Shown here one piece after another: positions 26,826 through 40,701 of a DNA stretch of 64,000 nt. A program made the translations under genes and the position numbers. Position 1 is the stretch's first letter, and each line of letters opens with the position of its first letter. The notes beneath the pieces are model-generated. The model was given only the letters and a program-made list of their open reading frames with translations. It had not been told where the DNA came from and searched no databases. The stretch comes from Felis catus (lineage: Eukaryota), in assembly GCF_018350175.1 (NCBI RefSeq), contig NC_058369.1, forward strand, positions 6,388,001 through 6,452,000, read 5' to 3'.

Positions 26826-29201
26826 TTTTTGGCTCTGCACCTTATAAAGATGAGGGGAGCGTTGGGGGGTAGAGGCTGTTTTCATCGGAAATTGGGAACA
26901 TCCTAGCATCAGGCTGACACAGTCCCCCTACCCCTTGTTGGCACTGAGGGGAGGGGGCTATGAAGTATGGGGTGCCATCCCTTCGCACCAGGAGCTCTTG
27001 GTTTGGCTGGGGAGTCAAAGGGCAGGAGTGGATTAACCTTTCAAGGCAGCCCAGTGGCAGAGGATGTCACAAGGCAGGTAGGTGCCCCCCCCTTCCCATT
27101 CCTCTCCAAGTGAGTCATCTGATCGGTGGTTCTGCACATGTCTGGAGCCAGAGCACCTGGAAATCACAATGTTCTCTAGATAACATCGCCGCAGAATATT
27201 GATAAATTAAATTCCTTTGTGGCTGTGTCACTGTAGTCCCTGCAGAAAATGGGGAGATCTAACCTGTGCTCACGGGGATCGAATAACAATAATAACAAAA
27301 GACGACACGTCGCGTAGCATGACGGGCCATTTGAAGTTTTCACTCATACGCCTTTCTGTTTTGGCGACGATCTTTTAAAAAGGTCTGGGAGAGCCGCACC
27401 AAACTGAAAAAAAATTCCACGGTCGTGGTGATTTCCTTATCCCCGGGGATGCTTGGAATTTTTGAGATGAACGTCTGGTTTTGGAGCCGGTTGGATAGTG
27501 TGTGGCAGGAAAGAGCGAGTGATGCCTCCCGTCCCCAGCGTTGATGACAGGTTGCCACTGGCATTTGTGGAAGGCGGTTCCAGGTTGGAGCGGTTTGATT
27601 CAGCTGGTGAATGATGCTTAGAAAGAGGGTAAGAAGGAAGGGTGTTCCGGGTGGGCAGAACGTCAAGGGCAAAAAAGCCACAGACAGGTGCCTGTTCTGG
27701 GCCAGGCTGCCTCGTGCTGGGCAGAGGCTCGGACCAGCACAGGTACTGGATGTCGGATGTTTTCCCCGGGGCACGAGGCAGCGGTCGTGTAGGTTACCTC
27801 GGGGCTGCATTCCGGATGGCCCGAGCCAGGCGTGTTGCTGGGACCCCGGAGCCCTTGCTGAGTCGGACAAAAAGCGGAAGGACCTCACTGTTAAGGTTGT
27901 AAGCTGGATAGGCAGCACGTGTTTTGGAAGGCTCGAGGATGCCCTGAGGGGAAGGCAGACCGGTTGACCGCGTGGTCACCGGGCACCCTGGGGACAGTAG
28001 TAGACCCAGACTGAAGTTTGCACGAGTGCCTGGCTTCCTGGAGGGAGCTTGAGGGATTCCGATTAACCACCTTTTCGCCTGGAGAAGTAAATCCGGGCCC
28101 AGTCCCGTTGGCAGAAGGTGGGGTAGAGTTAAATACGCAATTATGGAAAGGTGGCTTGTCTGGTAACTGGTCGGACGAGTTTTTCTTTTGTTCCCTCCTC
28201 CTTGACGAAATTCATTGACCAGTTATTTCCCACCGTGTCACCAGACCCGTTGTCAGAGTCAAACTCTGTTCTTTGTGACTCGGCGTCTGAAGTGCCCCAG
28301 GGGGGTCCCAAGGACCTCAGGTCCTGTGGGGCTGGGAAGCCAGGCGCACCGTGTGGTCTCTCCAGGCACCTGTCCGGGATAGAACATTCCCTTTCAAAGC
28401 GGAGAGTTTCAAAATTGTATCCCCCGCCCCTCTCCTCCTGCTCCCCATTCTTCCCCTCTCTCCTTTCTCTCTCTTTCCCTCTCTCTCAGGCTTGGAGAGA
28501 GTCTGTGCCAGCTCAGACTTATAGATAAATAACGTTAAGTAGGAAAAAAAAAAATTGCTTTCCTTTGGGGCCCCATTGTCTGTTATGGGCGGGGCCCTAT
28601 GGGTAGCAGCAAATTGGGCTGATTTTCCCCAATTCTAGGTTTGGGAAGTGACCCAAGATCCCCAACCCAACCTCAAGCCCCGGGACACAGAAGCAGGGTT
28701 CCAGTGGCGCTGGGGGCGGGTGGGGGGTGGGCTGGGCATCTCTGCTAGATAAAAGCCCCAAACCATCAAGTGCCTGGAGGGTTTTCGGTAGAGGGTCCTT
28801 TGGCCTTTTTATGAGACAAGTTTCTTTGCTTCTTGTTTTCTTCCATCGAGGGTCTTGGGTCTTTAGTGAGCCCCAGGCTTGCTGGTTGCTGTCTAGAGAG
28901 GGAGGCTTTTTCTAGAGTGTTTCCAAGCGCTCGCCTTCTCGTTGGAAGATCTGATAAGGACAGGGTTGTTGGTGCCTACAGTGAGTCACCCTGGCACAGA
29001 GCATGTGCAGCACCAGTGTTCCTTACGGACCACCTGCAACGCTTGTCCGCGGGCAACTGGCGTTCCCGCCACAGGTGATCTCCTTGGTGTGGAGGCAAAA
29101 GGCTTTCACCTTTGCAAAAAAAACTGGCGGGAGATATGCAAAGCAAGACAGGCTCGATCCAAAGCAGTCAGGATTTCTCTTCTGTAAAGAACGATGTGTT
29201 T

Positions 29202-29416
29202 TGGGGCGCCTGGGTGGCTCAGTCGCTTGAAGGCCCGACTTCGGCTCAGGCCGTGATCTTGGGGTTCGTGAGTCCGAGCCCCTCATCGGGCTGTTTGCTG
29301 TCAGCCCAGAGCCCGCCTGGGATCCTGTGTCCCCCCCCCCACCCCCCCACCCCTCCCCTGCTTGCACGCTCTCTCTCTCAAAAGTAAATAAACCTGAAAA
29401 AAATAAAAATAAAAAA
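29202..29416 (+). mobile_element. Can-SINE
   Basis: ggggcgcctgggtggctcagtc head and A-rich tail. Confidence 0.88.
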
Positions 29417-29960
29417 TACACATAAGATTTACTAGTGACATAAGATTTATTAGTGACATTGGGTACATTCACAGTGCTGTGTCACCGTCATCACCATATA
29501 TGTTTCAACATCATGGCACGAAGGAACCGTGCCCCTTAGTGGTCACTCACTGTTCCCTGCTGCCCCGACCCCCCCACCCCGCCCCAGTCCCCAACACCCA
29601 CTGGTCTGCTCTCTACCTCTGTGGGTTGACCTACTCTGGATGTTTCAATATAAATGGAATCGTTGATATATGGCTTTTTACGTCTTGTTTCTTTCACCAG
29701 ACACGATTTCGTGGTTCATCTGTGTTGTAGCATGCATCAGGACCCCATCCCTCTTTTTGCTGAATAATATTCCATTGCGTGGATATACCAGCCTTGTTTA
29801 TCTGTTTACCAACAGATGAACGTTTGAGCTGTTTCCGCCTTTTGGCTATTGTGAATAGTGCAGCTACGAACACTCGTGCACAATCTTTTGTTTGAATAAT
29901 TATTGTCAATTCCCTTGGGGGATTGCTGGGCCATTTAGTGATTCTGTGTTTAACAGATTA
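29417..29960 (-). mobile_element. L1MB-like 3' fragment
   Basis: tacattcacagtgctgtg...gctgaataatattccattg...tttggctattgtgaatagtgc; minus peptide VFVAALFTIAK. Confidence 0.7.
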
Positions 29961-30989
29961 AGTCAAGATTTCTTTTTGCTTTTTCTGCTTTTGGTGTTAT
30001 TAAAAAAAAAAATAAACTCTTGTATTATCAAAGAACACACAGATTTGGAAAACCACACAAAACGAACGTAGCCTTTGGCTGCTCCTTGCGCTGGCCTCTT
30101 TGATTATTTTTTTCTTTTCTAAACTCTGAAAATTCCGTCATGCAGTAAAATGGTACTCCCTGGTCTCCTGTTTTTAGCATATGGTAAACAAGGCAAAGAC
30201 TGAACTTCGTAAGCAAACTCCGTGTTCTTTACGGAGGCAACTTTTGCTAAGAAAATTATTTTTATAAGTGAACGAGGTCTGAGGGTTATTTGCAAAGGAG
30301 TTTTACAAGGGTAAGAAAAAAATAAACAACCAAGAAGTTGATCTTAGGGTGCGTGGTTCTACAAAGACAGAGTGGATAAGACCTCGAGACACATGCCAGA
30401 GAGCCAACAGCAGGTGAATCTGAGAAAGGAAAGGTTTTCCAAGTGGGGATGAATTTGATAAAGAAAGAAAAAAATTGAATTGGAGAATTATCTTAGAAAT
30501 GCCCCTGTGGCTCAGAGAAGGGCGTAAGTCTTCACAGACTTTCTTCACAGTTTTTGAAAAGATGTCCTTGAAAGAGAGCCACAAGCCTGGGGTACTGCTT
30601 GACTTGATTCTGGGACTTCTGGCCATTGGGAGTTTATAAGCGTCTCGTGTTGGGAATGGCAAATAACAGCAGTGGGCATTGGCAGGATGAAAAATAGGAG
30701 TTAGGGACACGAGACAGTGAGGGACACAGTGGCACATTGGCCTTGAAGTCTTGGGAGGAGGGGTGAAGCAAACTAAAGTAGACCCAGGTCATAAAAGTTA
30801 CACATTCTGAATCAAAGAAGTCAGAAAAGGACAGTGATTCCCCCTTGACCCACAGTGCAAATGTTGGCTACACAGAGGCAAAAAAAAAAAAAAAAAAAAA
30901 AAAAAATTCTGTTTTTTCTCTACTTGGTGAAGGAGATCTTGTAAAGGTTCTAGCCAGCCGGGGATGGTCAATTGGAATCTATTCTCAAA

Positions 30990-32056
30990 TTTTTAAAAAA
31001 TGTTTTTTCATATTTATTTTTTGAGAGAGAGAGAGAGCGAGCGAGCGAGTGTGAGCAGGGGAGGGGCAGAGAGAGAGGGAGACACAGAATCAGAAACAGT
31101 CTCCAGGCTCTGAACTGTCAGCACAGAGCCCAATGTGGGCTCGAACCCATGAACCGTGAGATCATGCATGACCTGAGCTGAAGTCGGACGCTTAACCCAC
31201 TGAGCCACCCAGGTGCCCCAAATGGGAATCCCTTCTTAAGGGTCTGTTCTTTCTAAACGAGTAAGGGTAAAATGGCACAGGCTATTTTATTTAAAAAATT
31301 TTTTTTCAACGTTTTTATTTATTTTTGGGACAGAGAGAGACAGAGCATGAACGGGGGAGGGGCAGAGAGAGAGGGAGACACAGAATCGGAAACAGGGTCC
31401 AGGCTCCGAGCCGTCAGCCCAGAGCCTGACGCGGGGCTCGAACTCACGGACTGCAAGATCGTGACCTGGCTGAAGTCGGACGCTTAACGACTGCGCCACC
31501 CAGGCGCCCCTGGGCTATTTTATTTTAGAGGACATTAGAGTATTTATGATATACATATTATTTACTTATTTATTTTGAGAGAGACAGAGACAATGTGAGC
31601 GGGGGAGGGATAGAGAGGGAGAGGGAGAGAGAGAATCTCAAGCATGTTCCACACTGTCAGTGCAGAGCACCTTGAACTCACGTAACCGTGAGATCGTGAC
31701 CTGAGCCGAAACTGAGAGTCCGACGCTTACCGGACTGAGCCACCCAGGCGTCCTGACATTAGAGTATTTATAAGAAGGCTTTCAGAGGTTTGGTGGTAAC
31801 CCTGTTTCCCTCACGCTATTTTCTTTTTTTTTTTTTTTTTAATTTTTTTTTCAACGTTTATTTATTTTTTTGGGACAGAGAGAGACAGAGCATGAACGGG
31901 GGAGGGGCACAGAGAGAGGGAGACACAGAATCGGAAACAGGCTCCAGGCTCTGAGCCATCAGCCCAGAGCCCGACGTGGGGCTCGAACTCACGGACCGCG
32001 AGATCGTGACCTGGCTGAAGTCGGACGCCCAACCGACTGCGCCACCCAGGCGCCCC
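30990..32056 (-). mobile_element. Four antisense Can-SINEs (~30990-31219, 31293-31510, 31550-31752, 31826-32056)
   Basis: TSDs ggctattttattt (31280/31513), gacattagagtattta (31532/31755), cctcacgctattttctt (31809/32058). Confidence 0.92.
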
Positions 32057-33066
32057 ACCTCACGCTATTTTCTTACATCTTTCAGTTGCCGCTTCTCCTG
32101 GATGGGTAGGTGGGCTTCGGCAAGGGTAACGATGGTGAGGGTCCCCCCTCTGGTGGCAGTGGAGAATCAACGTGGTAAAATCCAGAGCTGGGCCGTCCAT
32201 AAGGCAGCCCCACTGGTCACATGTGGCTAAGTTTGAATGAGTTCAAGTTAAATAATATTAAACATTTGTCCCCTGGTTGTACTCCCCACATTCGGACGAT
32301 GCAACGTAGAACGTTTCCATCATTCCAGAAAGCTCTGTTGGGCAGCATTGATCTAGAGCATATCATTGCATGGTTAAAGACAGGTCTGGGGTCAGACACA
32401 CCTGGATTTGACTCCTGCGTCTGTTGTGTGACCTTGGACAAGTTGGTTCTTCTGAGCCTCCGCGTCCTTATCTGAAATAAGAAAATGGTAAAGGACCCAG
32501 TCTCATCATTTGTTTCTCAACTTTTAACTGACATCCCCTCTTTTCCTAAAAACAAAAATCTCATTTCTCTTTTTTGATTTTTTTCCCTTTCAATATGAAA
32601 TGGAACACTGAATTTTTCTTTTTTCAGCCTTTTACCTCCTTGAGCGTCTGTGGAATATAGGAAGGAGAGGCTTGGGAAAGTCGCATACAATGAAGAGGCT
32701 ATTCTAGGTACCTCTGACCAAGAAGAGGAACAAGGAAGGGGTAGGTGTGGTGAGTGGGGGCACGAGAGTGTCATCAAGAAGGAGAAATATGTCAGCTCCT
32801 TCCTGGCTTCTCTTCTCTCTCTGAGGAACAGGGAACAGAGTGCTTTTTAGTGTAAGCAGAATAGAATGGGTGGAGCAGAGAGGAAGTAGGCTTCAGATGG
32901 GGAAGGGACTGAGGCAGGGAACCTCAGTCTGATTTTGTCTTCCTGGCTCAGCGTGGAGTGCCCTAGTCAACTGGTGACTGCTGATAACAGGAATCAACTC
33001 AGACCAACTTAAACTACAGTGAGGAGGGGTGGTTTATTGGGAGGACATAGGGCCTTCTCTTGGAAC

Positions 33067-33560
33067 TTGTATCAGCTAGCTTTTGCCGTGTAACAGCCCA
33101 GCCTGAAACATAATGGCTTTCACACAGCTGTCATTTATTTTTGCTCACGATTCTGTGGGTTAGCTGGGCAGGTTTTCTGGGCTGGACCCCTCAGCCGACC
33201 ACAGACACGGGCTTGGCTCTCTCCCGAATCTGGGCTCGGCTGGTGGGATGGCCCCAGTCACATGGCTGGCAGGCAGTGCTGGGCTGTCAGCTGGGATGCT
33301 TTGCTTTTCCTCCCTGTGGCCGCTCATCCTGCAGTAGGCTAGCTTATACTTGGATCACGTGATGGGCTGGAGGTTCCAAAAGTAGCCAGAGATTAATCCC
33401 CAGTGCACACGTGTTTTCCAAGTCTCTGCTTCATGTGTGCTACTTTCCTATTGGTCAGAGCAAGTCACATGGCTAAGGCAAGCTTGAAGGAGGAGCCAGG
33501 ATAGGTTCCACCTGTTGATTGGAGGACAGGAGTTTGTGGAGAGTTTTGGCATCTGGCACA
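33067..33560. mobile_element. Old MLT1 (H/I/J-like) LTR
   Basis: tgtatcagctagcttttgccgtgtaaca...atttattttgctcacgattctgtggg...attggtcagagcaagtcacatggctaag. Confidence 0.6.
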
Positions 33561-33679
33561 GAACACCAGGGTGGGAAATACAGTGGCATTCGTGGAACAG
33601 TCTAGCCAGGACTCAGAGCAAGACTGTGTATGGTGTAACTGACAACCTAAAATGATTTTCCTGAGCCTTTATTTAATTT

Positions 33680-35760
33680 CCTGAATTCCAGTGACTGAAT
33701 AATCAGTTCCTTTCCCCAAATGACTCTTGATAGTTTCTTTATCATTTATGAAATTCAACAAAACACCATGGCCTGCTTCTGGGATACCAATTCGGTTTCA
33801 TTCATCTGTGTCTGTTCTTATACCAGTGCCATACTGATTTAATTATCATAGATTTAGAACATGTTTTATTAATGGTAGAGCCAGCGTTTCCTGTTGCACT
33901 TTTTCAAAGTGTTTATTTTTCTCGTTGAACTTAAGAATCTCTAAAGCTACCTCTTCCAGCATGCGTAAAACCCATTGAGATTTTTTAAAGAAATGTTTCT
34001 TTATTTATCATGAGAGAGAGAGAGAGAGAGTGCGAGCGAGTGAGCATGATCAGGGGAGAGGCAGAGAGAGAGGCAGAGAGAGAATCCCAAGCAGGCTCTG
34101 CGCTGTCAGCGTGGAGCCCAACACAGGACTAGATCTCACGAACCATGAGATCATGACCTGAGCCCAAACCAGGAGTTTAACCAACGGAGCCACCCAGGCG
34201 CTCTCCCCCCGACCATTCAGATTTGGGTTAAAAATTGTATTAAATCGGGGCGCCTGGGTGGTTCAGTCGGTTAAGCGTCTGACTTCAGCTCAGGTCATAT
34301 CTCCCAGTTTGTGAGTTCAAGCCCCGCGTCGGGCTCTGTGCTGACAACTCGGGGCCTGGAGCCAGCTTCTGATTCTGTGTCTCCCTCTCTCTCTCTGCCT
34401 CTCCATAGCTCATGCTCTGTCTCTCTCTCTCTCAAAAATAAATAAACATTAAAAAAATTGTATTGTCCGTAAATTAATTTGAGAAAATATACCTTAATAT
34501 TTTTCCTTTCCAAGCAGGTGGGTGATCAATTTCTCCATTTATTCACATATTTTCATGTTGTTCTTTTAAAAATATTTATCCTGCACATTTCTTGCTATGA
34601 TGATTCCTATATCTTAGAGTTTTTGTTGTTCATTGTTGCTGCTTTGAATGGACATATTTATCCTGAATCCCAATCCTTTAATGGAATGGATTAGTAGGTT
34701 TTCATTTTTTTTTTTTTTTATTCATTGTGTGCAATTTTATCCTCTACACATTTTGGCCATTAAAAAAAAATCCCATCTAAATGCTATACCTCTTGGGGCG
34801 CCTGGGTGGCGCAGTCAGTTAAGCGTCCAACTTCAGCCAGGTCACGATCTCGCGGTCCGTGAGTTCGAGCCCCGCGTCAGGCTCTGGGCTGATGGCTCAG
34901 AGCCTGGAGCCTGTTTCCGATTCTGCGTCTCCCTCTCTCTCTGCCCCTCTCCCGTTCATGCTCTCTCTCTCTCTCTCTGTCCCCCCAAAAATAAATAAAC
35001 GTTGAAAAAAAAATTAAAAAAAAAATAAATGCTATATACCTCTCACTTCACTTTTAAATCTTATTCTATTGACTTGGGCTTCAAGACTAATATTAAATAT
35101 TTAACAATAGTATTCTGGGACATCCATGTTTGATAGAATTCCTAAGATAAAATCATCCTTACTTTCCTGTGGTAAACCCTAGTTGGTCGTGATGACTTGA
35201 TATTTTGAATTTGATTTGCTGGGTTTGCTTTGTCTTGGTTAGTTTTTATTTTTTGTATTTTTTTGGATTTCTGCCTTCTGTGTTCATGGGTGAAATCGTG
35301 CTATATTTCGGTCTGTTTTCTTTTGCAATCTTTTCATTAGGTTTTATTATATGATATTCTAGCCATGTAATACGAACTAGGCAAGTTTCCATTTTAAGTA
35401 TTCTAGAATTGTGGCATCAGGACTAACACTTGAAGAACGAATTATTTGTTGGAAAAATCATACGGTGCTATAAACTTCTGGGCGAGTAATTCTTTGATAA
35501 CCTTTGAAAAATTTCATATGAGGTTGTTAGGGAATTCAGCTTAAATTTTTTTGTAACCTCTGGAAAGATCTCTTTGAGTCAGCTTTTGAAATTTGTATTT
35601 TCTTAGTAGTCATTTCATTGAGATTTTCGGATTTAATAGCATGATTTTATGCTTGCTATAATCTGTTTATATATTCTACTTACATTTATTTAGATTTACC
35701 AGGGTTGGTTTTTTGGTTTTTTTGTTTTGTTTTTTTTACCCCTCTGGTGTGTAAAATGTT
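33680..35760 (-). mobile_element. Degenerate AT-rich L1 remnant hosting Can-SINEs (~33985-34202 minus, 34247-34457 plus, 34795-35025 plus)
   Basis: taccagtgccatactgattt...gatttgctgggttt L1-like motifs; SINE heads and tails clear. Confidence 0.55.
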
Positions 35761-35844
35761 TAGATGACTCACCAGACACCGAAATCCTTTTTGGAGTAAA
35801 CTGGGGGGAATGAATGAATGAATGAAGAATTTAATAACATTCTT

Positions 35845-36315
35845 CTTCTTTTTTTAATGTTAATTTTTGAGAGAGAGACAGACACAGAGTGCGAGTAGGG
35901 GAGAGAGGGAGACACAGAACCTGAAGCAGGCTCCAGGCTCTGAGCTGTTAGCATGGAGCCTGATGCGGGGCTCGAACTCACAGACTGGGAGATAATGACC
36001 TGAGCTGAAGTCAGATGCTCAACTGACTGAGCCACCCAGGTGCCCCAGTAACATTCTTTTAGTACAGTTAAAGGTTTTATTTATTTATTTAAAAAATTTT
36101 TTTTTTCAATGTTTATTTATTTTTTTTTGGGACAGAGAGAGACAGAGCATGAACGGGGGAGGGGCAGAGAGAGAGGGAGACACAGAATCGGAAGCAGGCT
36201 CCAGGCTCTGAGCCATCAGCCCAGAGCCCGACATGGGGCTCCAATTCACGAACCGCGAGATCATGACCTGAGCTGAAGTTGGACGCTTAACCGACTGTGC
36301 CACCCAGGCGCCCCC
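35845..36315 (-). mobile_element. Two antisense Can-SINEs
   Basis: TSDs taacattct and cagttaaaggtttta. Confidence 0.88.
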
Positions 36316-37599
36316 CCAGTTAAAGGTTTTAAAGCCATGAATTCAACCCCTGAATGCGACTTTGGCTGCCCTCCAAGGTTTTGGCTATATAACATTTTTG
36401 TTTTCTAAAGGGTCTGGGAACATGATTTTGATTTGTTATTTTTGAGAATCATTATCACAAAAGCTGCTCTTGAGGGCTGACTCTCTTTCAATTTCTTTAT
36501 ATGAATGATCTGCCTTAATCTTCCTGGACAACCTAGGAATTATAATGCCACAGGAGGGAAAGTGACTTGCCCAAGGTGGCCCAGATAATAGGGTGGGGGT
36601 GGGGCTAGGACTGGCACCTAGCCCTCGGTCTGTTTTGATTGGGAACCACATGCCTTTGTGACTGCTACACTGCCTCTCCAGTTGAGTGAGTTTTAATCAC
36701 TAGTTGTTAGGGTTTAAAAAAAAAATTAACTATTTATTTTAATAGGTTGTCTCAATGTCCAGTTGTTGGGATTAAAAATTTAACTTGTTTCTGCATTTTA
36801 TAACTGCGGGTGGCCTCTCGGTAGCCGAGCGACCGTTCGATGGGCTTCTAGAAACAATGCTTGGATGATGCCACAACAGGCACATTTGGACTCAGAGCTC
36901 ACAACCTCCCGTCCCACAAGACAAGCTGCCCCCCAGGACTGACATGCACGTGGGGTGTGGACATAAAGGCTTAACTTCGCTGGCGAAATGTCTCTGTCCT
37001 ACCAGAGCTAGGAGGACTTGTCATCCCTCATGTGTTCTGTTATCCCCGCTGCCCTAACTCCCGAGACAGCTGGGACTAGTTTTTCCAAAGGCACTTTCTC
37101 TCTCTCCTTCCCTCATCATGTGCTTACGGTTTTGCGACACTGGCTTTGAGGAGCGTGGGCTGGGCCAGCGCTGAACTTGACCTGTGAGCTGCCCCGCTGT
37201 TTGGCCCTCGTTTCTATTTCTGGGTCTTGCTCTCAGCCTAAGGATGCTGCAAGTCAGTGTGACTTGTTGTGACGTCATGTGGTCAAACCTTTCCTTGAAA
37301 ATGGTCTGTGATTCATCTTTATTTTTATGGGGCTGTATCATGTTAGAAGGATTACAGTAGGAGTTTTCGTTTGAAATCTAATAAAGGTTTTCATCTGCCA
37401 TCTGGAGTCTGTGTTTCTTACGCTTTTTTATTGTTTGTGACTAAGAGTGGTGTTGGGGTTGGTGGGGGGGGGGTAGTTTGGCTGTTGTGTTAACATCCGT
37501 CTGGAGGATTGGTCCATCATCCAAAACCTTGTTTTCTCTGTCTTGGCTGTAGGCAGAGGCTGAGAGCGGAGACCTAAAAGGTCCTCCCTTGGATTTCTT

Positions 37600-37843
37600 T
37601 TCTTTTCCTTTTTTATTTTTTATATATTTTTTTCTTTTACATTTATTTATTTTTGAGAGACAGGGAGAGCTAGAGCGTGAGCAGGGGAGGGGCAGAAAGA
37701 GAGGGAGACACAGAATCCGAAGCAGGCTCCAGGCTCTGAGCTGTCAGCACAGAGCCCGATGTGGGGCTCGAACTCACGGATCGTGAGATCATGACCTGAG
37801 CTGAAGTCAGACGTTTAACCGACTGAGCTGCCCAGGTGCCCCC
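37600..37843 (-). mobile_element. Can-SINE
   Basis: T tail, GA tract, reverse head. Confidence 0.88.
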
Positions 37844-40701
37844 CAAAATTTTTAAATTAAATATTGAACATGGGGAAGGAAGAAATGGATAAGGACTATT
37901 TGTTTTCTAAAGCAATTAACAATGAAAAAACATTTTATATTGTTACTGACATCAGTAGATACTAAAAATCACTGTTTTTTCCCCCCCACACCTTTTCCCC
38001 AAGTTAATCAGGTCAGGCTTTTCCATTTGGGTCAGAGTGGCGTGGGAAGGTGTATCATTAGAGCCTTAACATGCATTTTCTGGATCACGAAGAAAGTTGG
38101 TCCTCTATTATGTTTCTTGCTCACGAATGCTGTCTCTCATATTTTTTCTTTTTGAAACGTAATGAGTTCAGGCAGTGTCGCCTGTGTGACATCACATAGG
38201 CATTTTATTATCTCCTCCCATCGCGAGAAGGGTGAATATACGTCCATATAGGAGAAACATAAAACGTATAGGGGTCAGGACCATCCGCGGCTTCAGGCAT
38301 CCTTTTGGGGTCTTGGAATGTATCTCCTGTGGATAAGAGCAGGGGGGCTGCCTTAGTTTTAGGACACAAATTGTATCTTTAGATTCTTGTCCCTTTAAAA
38401 AACATTCATTAGGTCTTTAAAAAAATGTCTATTCTTTATTTCATAAATTATCCATGCTTTATTTTAGAGAAATATAGTTAAAAAGGAAAGACCTATAGAT
38501 AATCACCCTGAAATCTACCCCCACCCCCGAGCGTGGCTTCTTAATTTTGACGAGAAATCTTTCATAATTGTCTCTGCAAACATATGTATCAATTGGAATC
38601 AACATGTTGAAGAACACGAGGTTATATGATGCCACCTGATGCCTCTGTTGCAAACTGCTTCCCCCACCCCCCCCGCCTTAAATCTATTAAAACTCTGTGT
38701 AGATATAAATCTGTATCATACTTTTAATTCCTGTATGGGCGGCATTGTAAGGTTATTTCCAGTTTATCGTTGGCATGAGATCATGCTGTGGCAACGATTT
38801 TGATATTTATTTTTGTTTATTTCTCTGATTGCTCTCAACTTTTATTTTTTCGTAGTGTTATTGAGATATAAGTTACCAACAACAGAATGCACACATTTGA
38901 AGAGAATGGTTCAAAGAGTTTTGGCAAAAATATATGCCTGGTGCTCACTAGAATACCGTTTTGGACGCTATTCTTAGAGTTTTATAGGTATTGATACGTT
39001 CTATCTTCTTGACGACCTAAAGAAGTAGGGAATGTTATTCTCATTCTATAGATGGAGAAACTGAGCACCGAGAGGCTAAGTAGTTACCCGGGATCACACA
39101 GCCAGTCCCTGGAATCTTCCTTCATATCTCCATGCTCTCCTAGTTCTAATGCTTCTAACACTTCTTGGGTAAGAACAGCCTTAGCTTCCCCATCTGTGAA
39201 ATGGGATAGTGGTGCCTCCATAAGTGTGTTGTTAAGGTCAGTTGATAATGTGCGTGGTGCCCGGCAGTTGATTTCTAACCCCTTGGTTCCTGACTGGAAG
39301 CATCTCTGCATCTGAAAGCTCTGTGCTCCCCTCCCCTCCCCCCAAGCCCCCACTTGGTTCCAATCCCAAATACCTCCACGAGACTGTCCCCGAGCAGTTC
39401 TGTTTTTAGCATCAATTTCCCCGTAGATGTTTTCTTCCGGGGAAGTTGCCAGTGTCCCCCTATGTAGCCAGTTTGAGCTAGGGATTGGATGGATTCTCTT
39501 CTGCGGCCCCTCCTTCAGCCCAGTTTGGGGCTGAGCATTCCACCGGCACCCCGTGAATGTTGGAATGCACTGGCACCTGGGCGGTGTCTCATTCAGGGCA
39601 CTGATCCAGGTAGGTCAGACCTTGATTCTGTATGTTGATATCTGGGAAGGTAGCTTAACGGATGAACTTTGTTTCCTCTTGTTTTCTAAGACTGTTCTCT
39701 TGCAATTGCTGGGGTTTGAAGAGGCTTTTGGGGTTTGAAGGACTTGTATAGGGTTTGAAGTCAGAAAGAAAAAAAAAAACACAGCAACAGGGTTCAAAGC
39801 CTGACATTTACTTGATCTTTACTATGTGCTAATAAGCACAGCATTCCTCATGACAGCCCTCTGGGGGACAAGATTTTAGCCTCCCCGTTTTATAGAAGAG
39901 GAAACCGAGGCAGGGAGAGGGTGGCCTGAGCCCCCCCCCACCCTCCCCCTCTGTGCAGTGTGGTGTGTGCTTATCATGGGCAATGCATGGTGGCCGCCTG
40001 TACCCACGGTGAGTTCCAGTGACTCCCTCCGCTGGTGTCCCCATCCGAACTGCCCCTGCCCCTGGCTGAGTCCCCACCTGACCCGCAGGGCTGTCGCTGG
40101 AGTCCCTCCTTGCGGTGGGGAGCATGAAGCTGTTTCGTCAGCTCTGTGAAATCCTGTATAAATGCGAGCCGAAACCCAACAGGGCTCCTGGCCTCTCACT
40201 TTATACTGTTTTCTTTCTAACCGAACAAAGTACGGTTTGCGCAACCTCTCTCTGAGACGGAGGTGATAGGATCTTAGGGTGGGTATCAGGGCCTCTGGAT
40301 GTCTGTGGGCGTCCACGTGTGCCCTGTGGCACGTTAAGGGTGTGTGTTCTGCAAACGTGGTGGGTCGGGCAGGTCTGTGATCTGCAGGTGCCTTTGTCAC
40401 ACTGGTTTGGGACGTCACATGGAGGCGTGGACCTATTACTCTAGGTCACCAACGCCTGGATGGGGCTCTCCCAGGTGGATTTTCTGAACCCTCCACTGGG
40501 TGCTGCCCTCCGACACATGCCTGCCTTGCTCTCCCCATGCCCTGGGGTCCTTGTTGAGAAAATTCAAAGCTAACAGAGCCAGGAGGGAGGCAGCAGCATT
40601 GCCCTTGGGTGGGTGGGATTTTGGCATCCCCTGGCAGTTTGGGTGAAGCAAGTCAGGATTTTCCACGTGGGCAGAGCAAATGTCTGCTGACCTCGGGTAG
40701 G

